From Podarcis vaucheri (taxonomy: Eukaryota): DNA of 64,000 bases. Positions 47,145-60,274 of this stretch are shown piece after piece (within the stretch, counting starts at the first letter, position 1; every line of letters begins with the position of its first letter). The notes under the pieces are model-generated. The model was not told the DNA's origin, ran no database searches, and saw nothing but the letters and a program-made list of their open reading frames with translations. The DNA is taken from NCBI GenBank assembly GCA_965113315.1, contig OZ220368.1. One strand, written 5' to 3'. Made by a program: the position numbers and the translations under genes.

Positions 47145-50100
47145 TAGAGGATGTGCAAGAAGGGAGGAGGGCCCTGTCTGAGAAACTGATCTGGTTTCAA
47201 GCACTTCTGCTTCTAAGGTCTGTCCCACTGTACTTCCTAGAGGCAGATGATTGTTGTATTTCTCTCCCTCCCACACCTCTTTTCTAAACTTTCACAGAAA
47301 TGTACTGAATTGCACAGTTGATTGCTGCAGCCTATCCAATATGGTTTCTGAACACATTCTTTGTCTTACACCCCACCACCACGATGTGTATAATGCACAA
47401 AGATTTGGTTTGGGTGCTTCAGTTCAGAAGTGGGGCTAATCAGTGTTATCACCAGAGGGCCTTTAAAAAACTAATTTAAATAATAAAAAATAAAACTCTG
47501 ACATAACAATGCTACACTGAACTGATAACAAGCTAATGTTATGTATAGCATTACCTGAATCAGTGATTCTAAATTTATAAAGCTGTCTAATCCCCCCCAC
47601 CCCTAGATTATTTGGGTCAGGGTAGTGAGTCTTGGCCGAGACCCTTGAGACAAAAGGATTCTTGCTGGGGGATGGGTCCCCCCATAGCTGGTAGGGGGCA
47701 AGCACACAGCTTTCCCCAGGCAAATCAGTGGAAACATCTTTGCCTTCCTGGGGTAGGAGGAAGAGCTGTATCATTTAAATGGCTGCTAGTTGGAAAGCTT
47801 TCCCCCCAAAAAGGATCCCTGGGCCAGTGCAAGACTGTGTGTGTTTACTCTGAAGTAAGCCACACTGCCTTCAATGGAGTGTGCATACTGTTGCAGCCAC
47901 AGTGTGCCCTGGAAGATGGTATTTACCTATTCTTATTTTATTTTTATTTAGTTAATTTTTATATTACTTCACAGAAGACAGAAATGTCTTAAATGATTTC
48001 GATGTCCCAGCAAGAAGGGAATGAATATTAGAAATTCACTATAAATTCCACTTTCAAAACTAAACAATACCACTAAATAATAGCAACAACTCTACCTAAT
48101 TAAACAATAAATGTCTAAACAATTTACATAAGTAAGACAACTAAGAACAACAAAACCAAATCATAAACATCAAAATACATAAATATACAAAAAAAACAAC
48201 AAACAAGCTAGATCTTGTGTATTGTACCGTTAATACTAGCAATCATAATATAGAGCTGGAGAGTCAGCAACATGATTGAATACAATTTTGCAAAAGGGAT
48301 ATTGTTTTAGAATAATAAAAGATGGGCATAACCTTGAAAGTGATACTGATCCTGTGGTGTTCAAAGCTGCTATGATAGCCATTGGAGAAGAAAGGTGGAA
48401 TAAATGTGGAAAAATAACAAAGAAGAGAGTTCGTCTTATAGCATTGCCATATGGTTTGTTTTCATACCAGTTGGATATCTTTTTTTAAAAAATGACAAAA
48501 ACACACCAGAGTTGTGATACTAGGCAACAAACAACAGTAAATGTGCATACATATAAATTAATTAAGAGATGCAAATAAATTAGAGGAACAGTTTCTTTTG
48601 GGGAAGGTGGAAGAGCCAATTAGACACTGTGCATACTTTTTCGAGCTGTCATCCTTTGATAAAAGGATTCTTGGCTTGCTAGAAACAGTTTCTTACATTG
48701 CCAGTTTTCAATTTCTTCAGCTCTGCAGAACTGTTCGTTTTGTGTTTCCTTTTATTTCAGCCCATTCATACCTCATTATTTCAAGAAACCCCCATGATAT
48801 GATCTTGGGTTGTTCTTTTAACGAGCCTTTCATCATAGGATGAAAAAGGGATCCCAACCCAAGCAGCAGTTGCCTCCAGCATTCCATGTGATTACTTCTA
48901 ATGCTGTCACTCATGTCAAGTTGCTTAATTTTAGGATTGATTAAACTTGCCACTGTCTGGTTCTGAAACTACCTGCTAGGTGCACCTGTACAACACCTTC
49001 GGTTTATACAATTTATACACAGTGTTATATATGCAATCCACTTCTTAAAGAAAGCATTTCTATAAGATGCCTCTGGCAGTGTGATATTCATGCTTCAGGA
49101 TGCTCTTTATGGTGTTAATAAATCCTGTAGACGCATCAGCATGGCTTTTACTAAAATCAAGGAAAACAACTGTGCTGTAATTAGGTAGCAAATTAACCCT
49201 TTGAGTTTCTTTGATGGAAAAGCAATCTACATTTTGACCTCTCGTGAGTTGCAAGACCAACTATCTGAAGGAGGGCTATGTATTTGAGACTGCTAGTTGG
49301 TGGTAAGGCTGGGCTGGCTATTACGCTTCTCGATGTTTCCTTATGTGATCATTTCTACATTTTTTTGTGATCTTTCACATGATGTAAAAGCCACTTCTGA
49401 ATATCTAGTGGAAGTTTGTATGTGCTCATTGCTTCCAGGGGGGAGGGGGGGGGAATTGCAATCCTGTCCACACGAAGAATTGCAGGAGTTTTGCACTGTA
49501 ATTTTCCCGCCATTTTCATAGATCATGAGAAGTAATGGAGCTTACTCAGCTTTCTTATACATCCAGACAGTTTACCAAGCAAATAGATCAAACACCTTTG
49601 TGTGGCAGATAAAGAGTGTTGGCTCCAGGCTTGATTCAGACAAAAGAAAAGAGAATTAGTTCACTTCTTGGATGAACTAGTTCCTGAGCTTGGATGCTCC
49701 GGAATGGTCCATGCCATCTATTTACTAAAGTGCATAAATTTTTAAAGCATGTTTCTGCCTTTTTTCATCTCAGCCATGTGTGTGGGTTTATTTTGCCTCC
49801 TTTGTGCTATAGGCCAAGAGAGAATTTGATCAAACACTAGTACCTTTTGGAGGACCAAAAGTACGTAAATTTGGATGAAACGAAATTCCTGTTTATTGTT
49901 CTGTAAGCAATTAGATGAGTAACTACCAAATTACGATTTTCTTGAAGGGCTTGAGACTTTCTTAATAATTTTGTAAACTAGAGCAGAATGCAGGCAAGGC
50001 AGGGAGGATTGTTGGCTTTTATAAAGAAGCGTGGTAAATTCCACCTTTAATAGTTTTGTAATTTTGAAACAGGTTTCTAGCAAGGGCCTAGTGGCCCACC

Positions 50101-50841
50101 TGACACCATTTATTTTTTTAACTGTGTGGTGCATCCTGGCTACTAGGAAAAGTGGCAAGGAATAGCCACAGAGTATGAGTGAATAATTCTGGATCATGAT
50201 AGGGGGAGCAGAACCGACGTGGTTGGTCAGTTAGTTAAATATTTCTATTGTTTCACTTGATGGGAGGGAAACTGCCTTGTCTACGCCCATGCTTTTCTGA
50301 GTGTGAAATCTCTCCCTGAAGAGTTAATAATCCATTGGCAAGCCACTCTTTGCTATGTCACTGCTTTCACCTCCTTCTGTGCTGCTCAGTTTATACAGGG
50401 ACTGTTAAATTTTGACATCTATTTTTTGCTTGACAGTTTATAGCTTTAATTGTAGAAGGCAAGCAGGGGCTGTGAGCAGAGATCAGGGTGGTTTGGCTGA
50501 CAGCAGTGCACACACAGGATGGGAAGCTTCTTTCTGTTGCAAAATAGGCATGCAACAGACCTCCAAATTTCACATTGGTGTCATTATTATTATACTTTTC
50601 ATCCTCTCTATTTCTGTGTACATGGTCACACATATAGGGGTACAGCATATGCAGCAGGAGTCCAGTACAGAAGAGGATTTCCAAATATAGGAACGCTACT
50701 CTTGTTACTTTACATTTAATATTTTTCAGTCAATCTCTGATTTTATACCTTTAAGAAAGGAAGGCGGGGAATGAGAGAATATTCTAGTTGAATAATCTGA
50801 GTCACTCTGTTGTCAAAACCAGTATACCTTCTTCTTCTTCT

Positions 50842-50950
50842 AAATTTATTATTATTAATTTATTGAATTTATATACCGCCCTATACCCGGAGGTCTCAGG
50901 GCGGTTCACAGAACAAAATCAAAATATAAAACCACAAAATATATAATCAA
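50842..50950 (-). mobile_element. L2-type LINE/SINE 3' tail
   Basis: Minus strand GTGAACCGCCCTGAGACCTCCGGGTATAGGGCGGTATATAAAT followed by (AAT)n. Confidence 0.6.
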
Positions 50951-51189
50951 AATGTATATGCTAGATACATTGCAGAGGATTGCAGAAGGGGAGTAGCATT
51001 AGAAAAAGGCACTAATTGGACATCCATGGTTAACTCTTCCCATTCGGAATTTGTGACCTTAAGTAATTACATAGACATATTGCTAACTCTAAAAGTCTCT
51101 GAGTATTCTTCAAGGACAAACCTAGTCTATGTCCCAGAGTGATCACTGAGAATCCCCCCCCCCCGGACCAGAAGCATAACTTACACCAA

Positions 51190-51415
51190 CAAGGTGTCAC
51201 TGTAGTACATTCAATTCTGTGGAACCCTCTCCCATTAGAAATCAGACAGGCATTCTTCTTGCCAAGTTTCAGGTGCCACATTAAAACAGTTTTATTTCAG
51301 GAGGCCATTGTTCTGTATATGCTGTTCTAATGCTTTATTCTTCAGTGCTTTAATCAATGATTTGATTTTTTAAAAGCTGCTTTGAGATCCAGATATGAGA
51401 AAAGGAGGGGTATAG
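51190..51415 (+). mobile_element. Old L2 LINE 3' end
   Basis: LWNPLPLEIRQA..SFRCHIKTVLFQEA matches the L2 ORF2 terminus LWN.LP.EIR..F...LKT.LF..A. Confidence 0.65.
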
Positions 51416-52858
51416 TTTTTAAAATTAAAATAAACAATCAATAGAGTTAACCCTCTTAGATTAGCAGTTGTTGCTGTTTTACAGATAGATGAAAACCCAT
51501 GGCTAAAAATAACAACTTGCTTAGAGTTGGCAGGGTTGAGCTCAGTAAAGAAAAGAATAATTTACATTATTCATGTAATCTGGAATCTTGGGGGAAATGT
51601 GTGCACCGCTATAGTTCCTTCCATATATATTTTTTACAAGTACGTGGCTGCTTTTTTTGAATGAGTGTGCTAAATGTTACCTTGTAAATTTCATTTCTAA
51701 AGCTTCATATGGATAGATCTTGACAAGAATGATCTAGAGTCTACTACATAACCAATAGCTATATTGTTTTTTTATTGAGCTGTATTGTAATCTTACAGCC
51801 TCACCAGCCTCTTATAACAACTGAAGACAACACTTCATATTTCAACCTGTAATTTCATGTGATCTGCTGATCGTCATAGACAATATTGGCAAATAGTTTC
51901 TCACTGCTGAAATGAAGTATTGGCTACTTGGTGCCAATTAAATGGGAGGCTGGGAGGAAAAGCTTCCCAAGTGTAGATAGATGTCATGGGCACATGCTTA
52001 GGGTAGCAAGTTGGCATTTGGAAAGTTGTCAATAGCTCTTAATGCTGTTAACTGATGGGTGTGATTAGGTGGGCGCTTTCTTTCTTACTTGATGATACCG
52101 GTACCTATAGCTGTGACACCTTCAAAATTCCTATAATTTTGTAGCATCCACTGTAATCCCTCTAATAACCCCTGTACACTGTAACTGATTGTTCTTTCTC
52201 CCTGTGCTGCCAGCTTGATCTGCTTGGCAATATCAGAATATGTTGGAGGGGGCACTGGGTGAGACGGATCTTGGAAGTGGAGCTTTCCGTTTTATTTTGA
52301 GAGTCTGATTCAAAAGGCTAAAAATGCTGGGAACAGGAAAGAGGGTTATTTTGCTTGAGCTGAAAGCTGTCAGTGTGTCATTTTCACTGTTGGAGAGAAA
52401 TGGGTCGGCTTATGGTATTTAAAGCCTGGTGATGCCAAAGGGTGTAGGAGTGCCTCAATCATTCTGCTGGGCCGCTGTGGGGTACTTTATGGAGGAGATC
52501 CAGCAAATACATGAGCAAGGTACTGAAAATAATTTTCTCCATAATATCAGAGCCACAGCACGTTTACCTATTAAGGAAAAGACATAGGCACAGATTTCCA
52601 CCCCCACCCCCCCGTAAATTGCTGGTTTTTTGTTTTTAAACTATACTGGGTGGCCTTTTGTCTTAGCAGCTTTATAGATATGTAGAAGGATTCACTCTGA
52701 TTTTTGATGGGTGCCTCTTAAAACTCATTCTGTCTACCTGCTAAGTGATATTGTGTCCCAATATAGACTTGGTACCTTCATTTTGTCATGGAACTCTACT
52801 CAATATTGATCCAGAGCAGAACTCTTGATGTATAGTTAGCAGAGTAAAAACTTAAACA

Positions 52859-53226
52859 TGTTGCAGGATTCCCAAAAAAAATAGACCAGAGCCAATTGTA
52901 TTTCATCCAGCAGCGTTTTACTGCTACTGAAGACAAATGAGTATAATGGTCACAAATCGAATACATTCAGGATTGGCACTGTCCGTAAGAAATCCAGTTG
53001 CAGCCGACTTAACTTAAACTTACAATAACTTATAATAACTCTAAAACTAAGCACTAAGCATACTATGTACCGAACACCACACCAGAAGAAAGAGAGATCG
53101 AGGGGGAAAGGGAAACTCGGGCTCCTTCTGGCCTTACTAGTATAGTCAGCAGGACCTTGACAGAAAGAGATAACAGGGCCAGTTTAAGCCAGCTGTACTC
53201 AGCTTCTCTGAAGGAATAACCCAACA
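52859..53226. mobile_element. Possible solo LTR (368 bp)
   Basis: Bounded by TGTTG...CAACA like the Copia LTR and of similar size; no clean TSD. Confidence 0.4.
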
Positions 53227-53676
53227 TCATGAACCTTCTGCTTGTTTCTTTAACACAGAGAAGCTTCTAGAACCCTCTTAAATTAATTAGAATAGGAAAG
53301 ATCTCTACATATCAGATCAATACTTTCTGTGCTAAAAGAATGCAAACTGACACATTTGTGGTATATCACCAACAAGGTAACTTAACTAAGAAATTCAGGT
53401 ACACTACAGATGCATTTTAAATATATTACTGCTTTGGCACTTTCATCTGACATCATGCCACAGTAAACCAGATAGCTTCTCAAATACCACTGTACACTTT
53501 CTGCTTCTTTGTCTTTACTCTCTGAATCACAGGCTGAGAGAGCTACCTAGGAGTGGAGGTCAGATAAAGATGAAGACATGGAAGAAAAACCCAGAATAAG
53601 TGGCTATGAGCCAGTGTAGGAGCAAAGAATGAGTATAAATCTGTAAGCCTCTGAAACTAGCCCTGTTTTCCCAGTA

Positions 53677-53998
53677 CAGTGGTGCCTCGCAAGACGAAAA
53701 GAATCCGTTCTGTAATTCTCTTCATCTAGCGGTTTTTTTGTCTTGCAAAGCAAGCCCATTGAAGGATTAGCGGATTAGCGCTATTAGCGCTATTAGAGGC
53801 TTTTAGCGGCTTATCTGCCGATCGGCTTAGAAAAGGGGGGGGGGAGGAAAAAAAACCCAGCAGGAACTCGCAAGACATTGTCGTCTTGCGAAGCAAGCCC
53901 ATAGGAAATTCGTTTTGTGAAGCACCTCCAAAACGGAAAACTCTTTCGTCTAGCGAGTTTTCCGTCTTGCGAGGCATTCGTCTTGCGGGGCACCACTG
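53677..53998. mobile_element. Tc1/mariner (Tigger-like) MITE
   Basis: 22-bp TIRs CAGTGGTGCCTCGCAAGACGAA / TTCGTCTTGCGGGGCACCACTG; TA flanks; repeated internal CGTCTTGCGA motifs. Confidence 0.92.
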
Positions 53999-54076
53999 TA
54001 TTCAATATTTGGGGAATGGGGTGGGAGGCAATATGAAACTGTGTGATATGGAACTGTCCCCTGCACATCCAGAATG

Positions 54077-54462
54077 GGCCTAGTTCACAGGTAACACTAA
54101 GCCAAACTTTGGCCCACGTAAGAGCTCCTGGAACGGAGAGCAGGGCCACTTCGCTCCTTCTCAACCCTTTTGTTGCTGCACTGTGGTAAACTAAGCCATA
54201 GTTTGGCTTAGCACGTCATCAGAACCCGGACTTGTGGTTTAGCTCTCTCCAGACAACCACGAGCAGTAACCAAGGATTGTGTTTTGATTTCCAATTCATT
54301 CAAGCCTAGGTTTGAATAACACTTTAAGCCAAACCACATTTTAGCTCCATGCAGTAGCAAAACTATCAGGGAGAAGCGAAGCAGCCTCCTCCCGGGAAGC
54401 TTCCAGATTTGCTCCTTTGTGCCAAGCCATAGTATGGCTTAGCATTATGTGTGAATGAGAGC
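54077..54462. mobile_element. Foldback MITE with repeated TAAGCCA/TGGCTTA motifs
   Basis: GTTCACAGGTAACACTAAGCCA / TGGCTTAGCATTATGTGTGAAT arms; related degenerate copies near 9830-10110 and 60830-61120. Confidence 0.5.
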
Positions 54463-55983
54463 ACTGTGGCATGCACCTGTAAGTCATAGAAGAATGCCAT
54501 GCAACAGAATGGACCTGGAAGTTCTTTTTTCCTTTTGGGAGCTGAGATTCACCTGACCATCTCATGTTGTACATATCTGCTGGAGATGTGCAGTTAATGA
54601 GGGTGTTGTGCCCCCTATAGTGGAACAAGGGAGACTGAAACACTCTTTTCTGAAATCATTGCAGAACAGTTGTGCCAAGAGATTAATATCTCCCTCTAGC
54701 TAAGTTAGCTGAAAACTACCATACAGTGTGCATTAGCTGGGGAAGGAGTCTGAAGGGAGAGAAGTAGAAATGAATAGGATTGGCTTGAGTGTGCTGCTCT
54801 GTGCAGCAGGCAGCAGCAGTTACTATGAGACGGAGTAAAAGATGTGCTCTGTGTGTGTCAGCTGACAATGCAAGGGATTTGTGTTAACACACTGCAAACA
54901 CAAACAGCATGTGTAATAACAACCCCCTTTTCCCTCTGTTCCTGCCAAGGTGGCAACGACAAAATGGAATTTGCAACCGGGTCTCGGTGAAAGGCAAAAA
55001 ATGCATTGCGATGGTGGGTCAAATGAATGAGAAGCATTGTTGAGGTACATGCTGGATTAATGTGTTGCTGGGAGAACAGGGCATTAGTCTATTAATGGTC
55101 ATAGGAAACCTCTGTGCGACAATTGAGAAAGGAGTTTGGACTCGGCAGCGAAGCATGGACTCCCCCCTGCTCGCACTCCCCGCCCCACGCCTTCTGCTTG
55201 GAGCCTGTGTTTTTCTATCGTCTGTCTGTCAGCATCCCTTGGCGATCAATGCCCAGACACTGCTAATGCTGTGTGGAGAAAAGAGAAATGATTTGTAACA
55301 GACAGCTAAATACAGTCATTGTAATGCTCCATAGTAGGAGGGCGGGGAAGAAACAATCCAAATGAAAGTGCTTTAAAGCCAAGTTGGTAAATGTCTACTT
55401 CATAGATGCCTCCCCCTATGCCACTGTCATGACAACTTGCTTTTCAAAGACCTGGTTAAAAGTGCAAAAGGTCCAAAAGAAAAGTTGACTACTGCGCGCC
55501 TAGCATTTTAATACCTCTTGCCAGGGACCCCCTTGGTCACAATCTTGGTCACAAATTGTCCTTTTAATGTGGTCAGTGTTTTGTTGCTCCTCTTGTAGCT
55601 GAAAGCTCGGTGTGAATGAGGAGTAAAGAGGCAGAAAGGCTCAACTTTTGACCAGAGCAGTTTTTTCTTAATTGTTGAGGCACAGCCATAGCAACTATAT
55701 TCATTATTATAGGATTATTCTTTTGGCTCAGGCTAGGAATTCACGAATAACTGTGATCTGTCTAAGTTCTAATTCCTGGCTACAAAAGAGAAGAACAGCT
55801 CGGCAGACATTCTGTTGAGGTGGACTGAGCAGTGGTGAAGTATTTCTGACTTTTGAGTACAAGTCATCTAAAAGTGTGTAGTGAGCTCCGGAGTCTGGAG
55901 ACTGCAAACTTTGTCATATATGAGACCTCTTCAGGAGAGTCATTCCTCTTCAATATCATTTCTACAAGGATAAGCTGCTACAT

Positions 55984-56119
55984 CAGGCATAGGCAAACTT
56001 GGCCCTCCAGATGTTTTGGGACTACAATTCCCATCATCCCTAGCTAACAGGACCAGTGATCAGGGATGATGGGAATTGTTGTACCAAAACATCTGGAGAG
56101 CTGAGTTTGCCTATGCCTG
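55984..56119. mobile_element. Short palindromic hAT MITE
   Basis: TIRs CAGGCATAGGCAAACT / AGTTTGCCTATGCCTG; perfect 8-bp TSD TGCTACAT. Confidence 0.93.
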
Positions 56120-57252
56120 TGCTACATGTTGTGAAAAGCTGGTCACTGAAATCCCTCTTGAGTGGCAAAGAAAAGGGATGAAGAAAATAGCTGTGCCTTT
56201 TATGGCATATTTTGGGTACATAGTTGTTTAGAGCATGTTACTACTACCAATTTGCCATAGTCCTTGCTAATTCCAGAATAAATCCAAACAATCCTGCACC
56301 ACAAACGGTAACCATGACAGCATAAGAGTTTGGCTTATATACACAGTCTTGCTGCAAGTATGGTGGACCAGGAGAGTTTAGGGTCTGCATGGATGGCACA
56401 GCCCCATGGTGGAAAGATGGTCATATGCAGCAAGGTGCTTTCCTGAATATAACTTCCACTTTTACGTTAAGGTTTCATCCAGAGCATGGAGAGTCCATGG
56501 ATTACAACTTGTATCCTTCTGGTCATTGACCATGCCAGCTGGGGCTGATGAGAGTTCAACTGCAACAACACCTGGAGGACTACATGTTGTCTATCCTTTA
56601 CATAAAATAGTGGTCTTCAATCTGGTTTCCCCTTTATGTTGAAAGACTACAGTTCCCATCAGCCTGAACCAGCATTTGCGGGGGGGGGGGGGGGAGATAC
56701 AGGTTGTAATGCCATAGAGTTGCAGTCCTAAAGATCTGGAGGGCACTTGGTTGTTGAAGGCTGGAGTAAAGAAAAGTCTCTGAGTTGACATGGTCTTGTA
56801 GAAATAGTCTTGGGTTTGGGAGAAATCATTTGAATTGCTGCTCTAATTTCTTCAGTAAACTGAAGACACTGCAAGCAAATTGGCACTACTTGGAACATTC
56901 CAGTTCATCTATCTTCTCTATGTTATATGGAGAACATGTTGAGATAGAAAGAACATACAGTTCCTTATGGGGTAAATGAATTCTCTTCACACTTGCTTCA
57001 ATTAAGCATCTCTACAGGAGTCGGAACCACATTCTGCTCTCTTCCTGCTCTTTTCCTCTCCCATTCCCTCCCCATAGTCAATGAAAACAACAGTTTCATT
57101 CTTGTGGACTCTTAAGTTGCTGCTAGATAAGGATATTTATAGGTTTTGCTTGAGGATGACTAGATAGATAGCCTAATGAAGCGAATGCTTTGCAGTTACA
57201 CGGGTCAAATGTAGTACCTTGTTCCTACTTTAAAGTTAGCTGTTTTTGCTTT

Positions 57253-57326
57253 CATAGAATCATAGAATCATAGAGTTGGAAGAGACCACAAGGGCCATCG
57301 AGTCCAACCCCCTGCCAAGCAGGAAA
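57253..57326 (-). mobile_element. CR1 LINE 3' terminus
   Basis: (CATAGAAT)n followed by GTTGGAAGAGACCACAAGGGCCATCGAGTCCAACCCC. Confidence 0.85.
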
Positions 57327-57491
57327 GCAAAATCAATGGCAAAAGAAGATAATTCCCAACCTTTGATTGTAAATGCCAGCTGAAAGGGATGTAGCTTTAA
57401 ACCTGTGTGCTGAAGTTTAAAGGGGGAAATGCCTTATGGCGTTAATAATCACAGAGCAAGTGAACGGGTCTGTAGGCTGGATTTAAGTTTG

Positions 57492-57600
57492 TGTCTTCGG
57501 ACAGCGCTGGCCCCCGGCCAATAGATGTGAGATGGGCGCACAAACCCCAGAGTCTGTCAAGACTGGCCCGTTCGGGCAGGGGTACCTTTACCTTTACCTT
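57492..57600 (+). mobile_element. 5'-truncated Sauria SINE, subfamily A
   Basis: Near-identical to 36851-36958, including the ACCTTT tail. Confidence 0.9.
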
Positions 57601-57941
57601 TTGAAATTACTGGGGGAGCAGATTAATCTTACAACTAGCAGTGCAACAATGATAAAATCACATGTTTTCATTTTTATTCTTTTGGTCTCTGCTCCATTCA
57701 GCTGGTATGATCTAAGTCCTATTTATTAATGGAGATATCTGTGAACCCCAGGTGGCAAATAATTTTAGGTGCTCTATGTGTTTTTGTACCATCCCTATTA
57801 ACATTTATACACTAGGGAGCTGGTCACTAAAGTGCTCCATTGGCTAACTGGAGTTTGGAGCAGACAATAAGCATCTTCTGAGTAGTTTCTTGTAAATTTG
57901 ATAATCTAATCAGATAGACTTACAAACTGCTTGAGGTGCTT

Positions 57942-58183
57942 GAGAGAGCCAGTGTGGTGTAATGGTTAAGAGTGGTGGACTCGTAATCTGGTGAACTGGG
58001 TTCGCTTCCCTGCTCCTCCACATGCAGCTGCTGGGTGACCAGTCACACTTCTTTGAAGTCTCTCAGCCCCACTCACCTCACAGAGTGTTGTGGGGGAGGA
58101 AGGAAAATGAGAAGGAAAATTAGCCACTTTGAGACTCCTTAAGGGGAGTGAAAGGCGGGATATCAAGTCCAAATTCTTCTTCT
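57942..58183 (+). mobile_element. tRNA-derived CORE SINE (Squam3-like)
   Basis: A box TGGTGTAATGG, B box GGTTCGCTTCC, CORE-like CTCAGCCCCACTCACCTCACAG, (CTT)n tail. Confidence 0.8.
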
Positions 58184-59058
58184 CAAGTATGTGCAAACAT
58201 GTATTTCTTTGACTTGGGCACAGTCATCATTAGCAAACAGCATTGGAACAGAGAGAATGTGTTTAATAACTTAGTAGCAGCAGGCTATGTAGGATTGTAT
58301 CATATTAGATGTTTAGGTTTTCCTCCTTAAATTCAGAGTGCTTGATCAGAAGGTAGGACTTGTAATTTGCTGGAGTATATGGGGGTGGGCTGTAGACTGC
58401 TGTAGACCAGTCAAGCCAGTCTCATTGACTGTGGGTACCAGCTCAGATAGTGGAAAGGGCAAGAGTGCTGGCAGCAAATGTTGAGGAGCCCAGCCAGAAT
58501 TGCAAACAGCCCAAAGCATCAGCCAGACGGTTGTTTCACTGCGGACGACAAGTTGCTGGAATGTTTGTGGGTCATACTTAGCAGCTCACTGTTATGTTGT
58601 AGAATAGAATTGAAGTGTTCCTCCCAATGAAAACTATTAACATGGCAACCACAAGTGTGCCTAGCCTTTTCTTATGCACAGTCGTAGGCTGTGTCTGCTG
58701 TGGCTCTTCAACGGAGTTTGCAAAAATATCTCAACCCCACTTTTGTGGGAGAAGCAAGTTTGGGGGCACACACATACATTGGTTTTTAATAGAACCTTCT
58801 GATCTGTAAGTGGTTCTGTAAGGGGCGTTCCAGCAAGGGCTAAAGATAATAGAAAGCCATCACACCTGGGAGGCTGTGTAAACATTGATGTGCTTATTTG
58901 GCATATTGTGTGTGGGTTTCTTCGCTTTTCTTCTTCTTTGAAAATGTTATTAACTAGAGCATTAAATGTTGGCCTCCAGCAGGGTCCCTCCATATGTTTG
59001 GAACAAATGTTTCCTCTACAGAGATAGTGTATTGTGTGTTTGGGGGGGAGAGGGAGAG

Positions 59059-59062
<4 letters not shown>

Positions 59063-59096
<34 letters not shown>
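59063..59096. repeat. (AG)n microsatellite
   Basis: About 17 AG units. Confidence 0.97.
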
Positions 59097-59097
<1 letters not shown>

Positions 59098-60274
59098 CTG
59101 TGCACAAGAGCGAGAGAGAGAACACTCTTATACGTCCCAAAGCCAGGTTTCTCTGTAGACAGGAAGAGATGTATTTGGAAATGTGGCTCCGTTTAGAGAT
59201 ATTCATATAGCAGCAGATTGCAAAGTTTTCCCCTGTTGTCCTATCCACCCATGGCAAAAAGAGAAGTGAGATATGTGGACCAGATGTATCTTTTTGGTGA
59301 TGCATGAAGATTGGCCTACCCCCTAAGGCAGGAATGAAAGGTTCACATTCTTTCTATAAGGCAGATACACTGAACGAAAGATACGCTGGAGTGAAATGTC
59401 AGTATTCCACTTGAGTTCTCGCACTCTCCACCCCCATCTGGTCCCCAACTTCACCTGCTCTTAATATATTCATTCTGCTCATACACATAGGAGTTGCTGA
59501 TTTCATGTCTCCAGTTAAAACAGCATTGCCCTTTCACATGTGAAGGGGGGGTACTAACAGCTATAGATGCTTAAAATTTGTTTGTCTATTCCACTATCCA
59601 TCAGGCTTGCTGCAGTTTTGGCAACTGCCTTGATTCAGTTACTTGTCTCTGGAAATTATTTTTAAGATAATATGGTGTAATGGAGCTGGCCCAAGGAGAC
59701 CTGCATTCAAATTCCCATTAACCTACATCTAAGGGTTGTCGAAAGGATAAAATGAAGATACAGATCCTAGATATGGATATGATTGATGATTTCATCTAAT
59801 GCAATGTTTTATTTATAGTGTAAATAACAGAAAAACAATATTCATCTGCTTCCAGTTTAAGTGTTCCAGCTTATAAACTATACTTTAAGTCCCTGCTTTG
59901 GGCTACTGGAGGCAATTAGTATTGAGTGAGCCTCCACATATGTCAGTGGACATGTGTGTGTCTCCTCCACTATGGAGGGACCAAATTGAAAGTGTGGGAA
60001 GGCTTGTGGAGAGACCCAACATGGAGCATGGAACTGGCTGGCCATGGATCAGCTGGTACAGCTTCTGGAGAGAGGTCCCTCTACTGTACTGGCCTGGAAC
60101 TAGCACAGCTGAAAACAATGTGAAAGCAGGGCTTTCAATGAAGCAGCGGCTCCGCTGCTCCATTCCAACCCATGGCTCCCTGTCTAGAGTTTGGTTGCCT
60201 TAGTTAAGGTACAATTGTATGCACAGTTACCTGGACTAAGCTCCATTGAAAATAGTGAGATTTACTTCTGAGTA

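Noticed and set aside
47990-48540. A-rich tract plus a possible old minus-strand L1 3' end
   Set aside because: Too degenerate; no convincing peptide motif or TSD.
58661-59305. 214-aa minus-strand ORF
   Set aside because: Runs through an (AG)n microsatellite (SLSLSL) and has no protein-like features.
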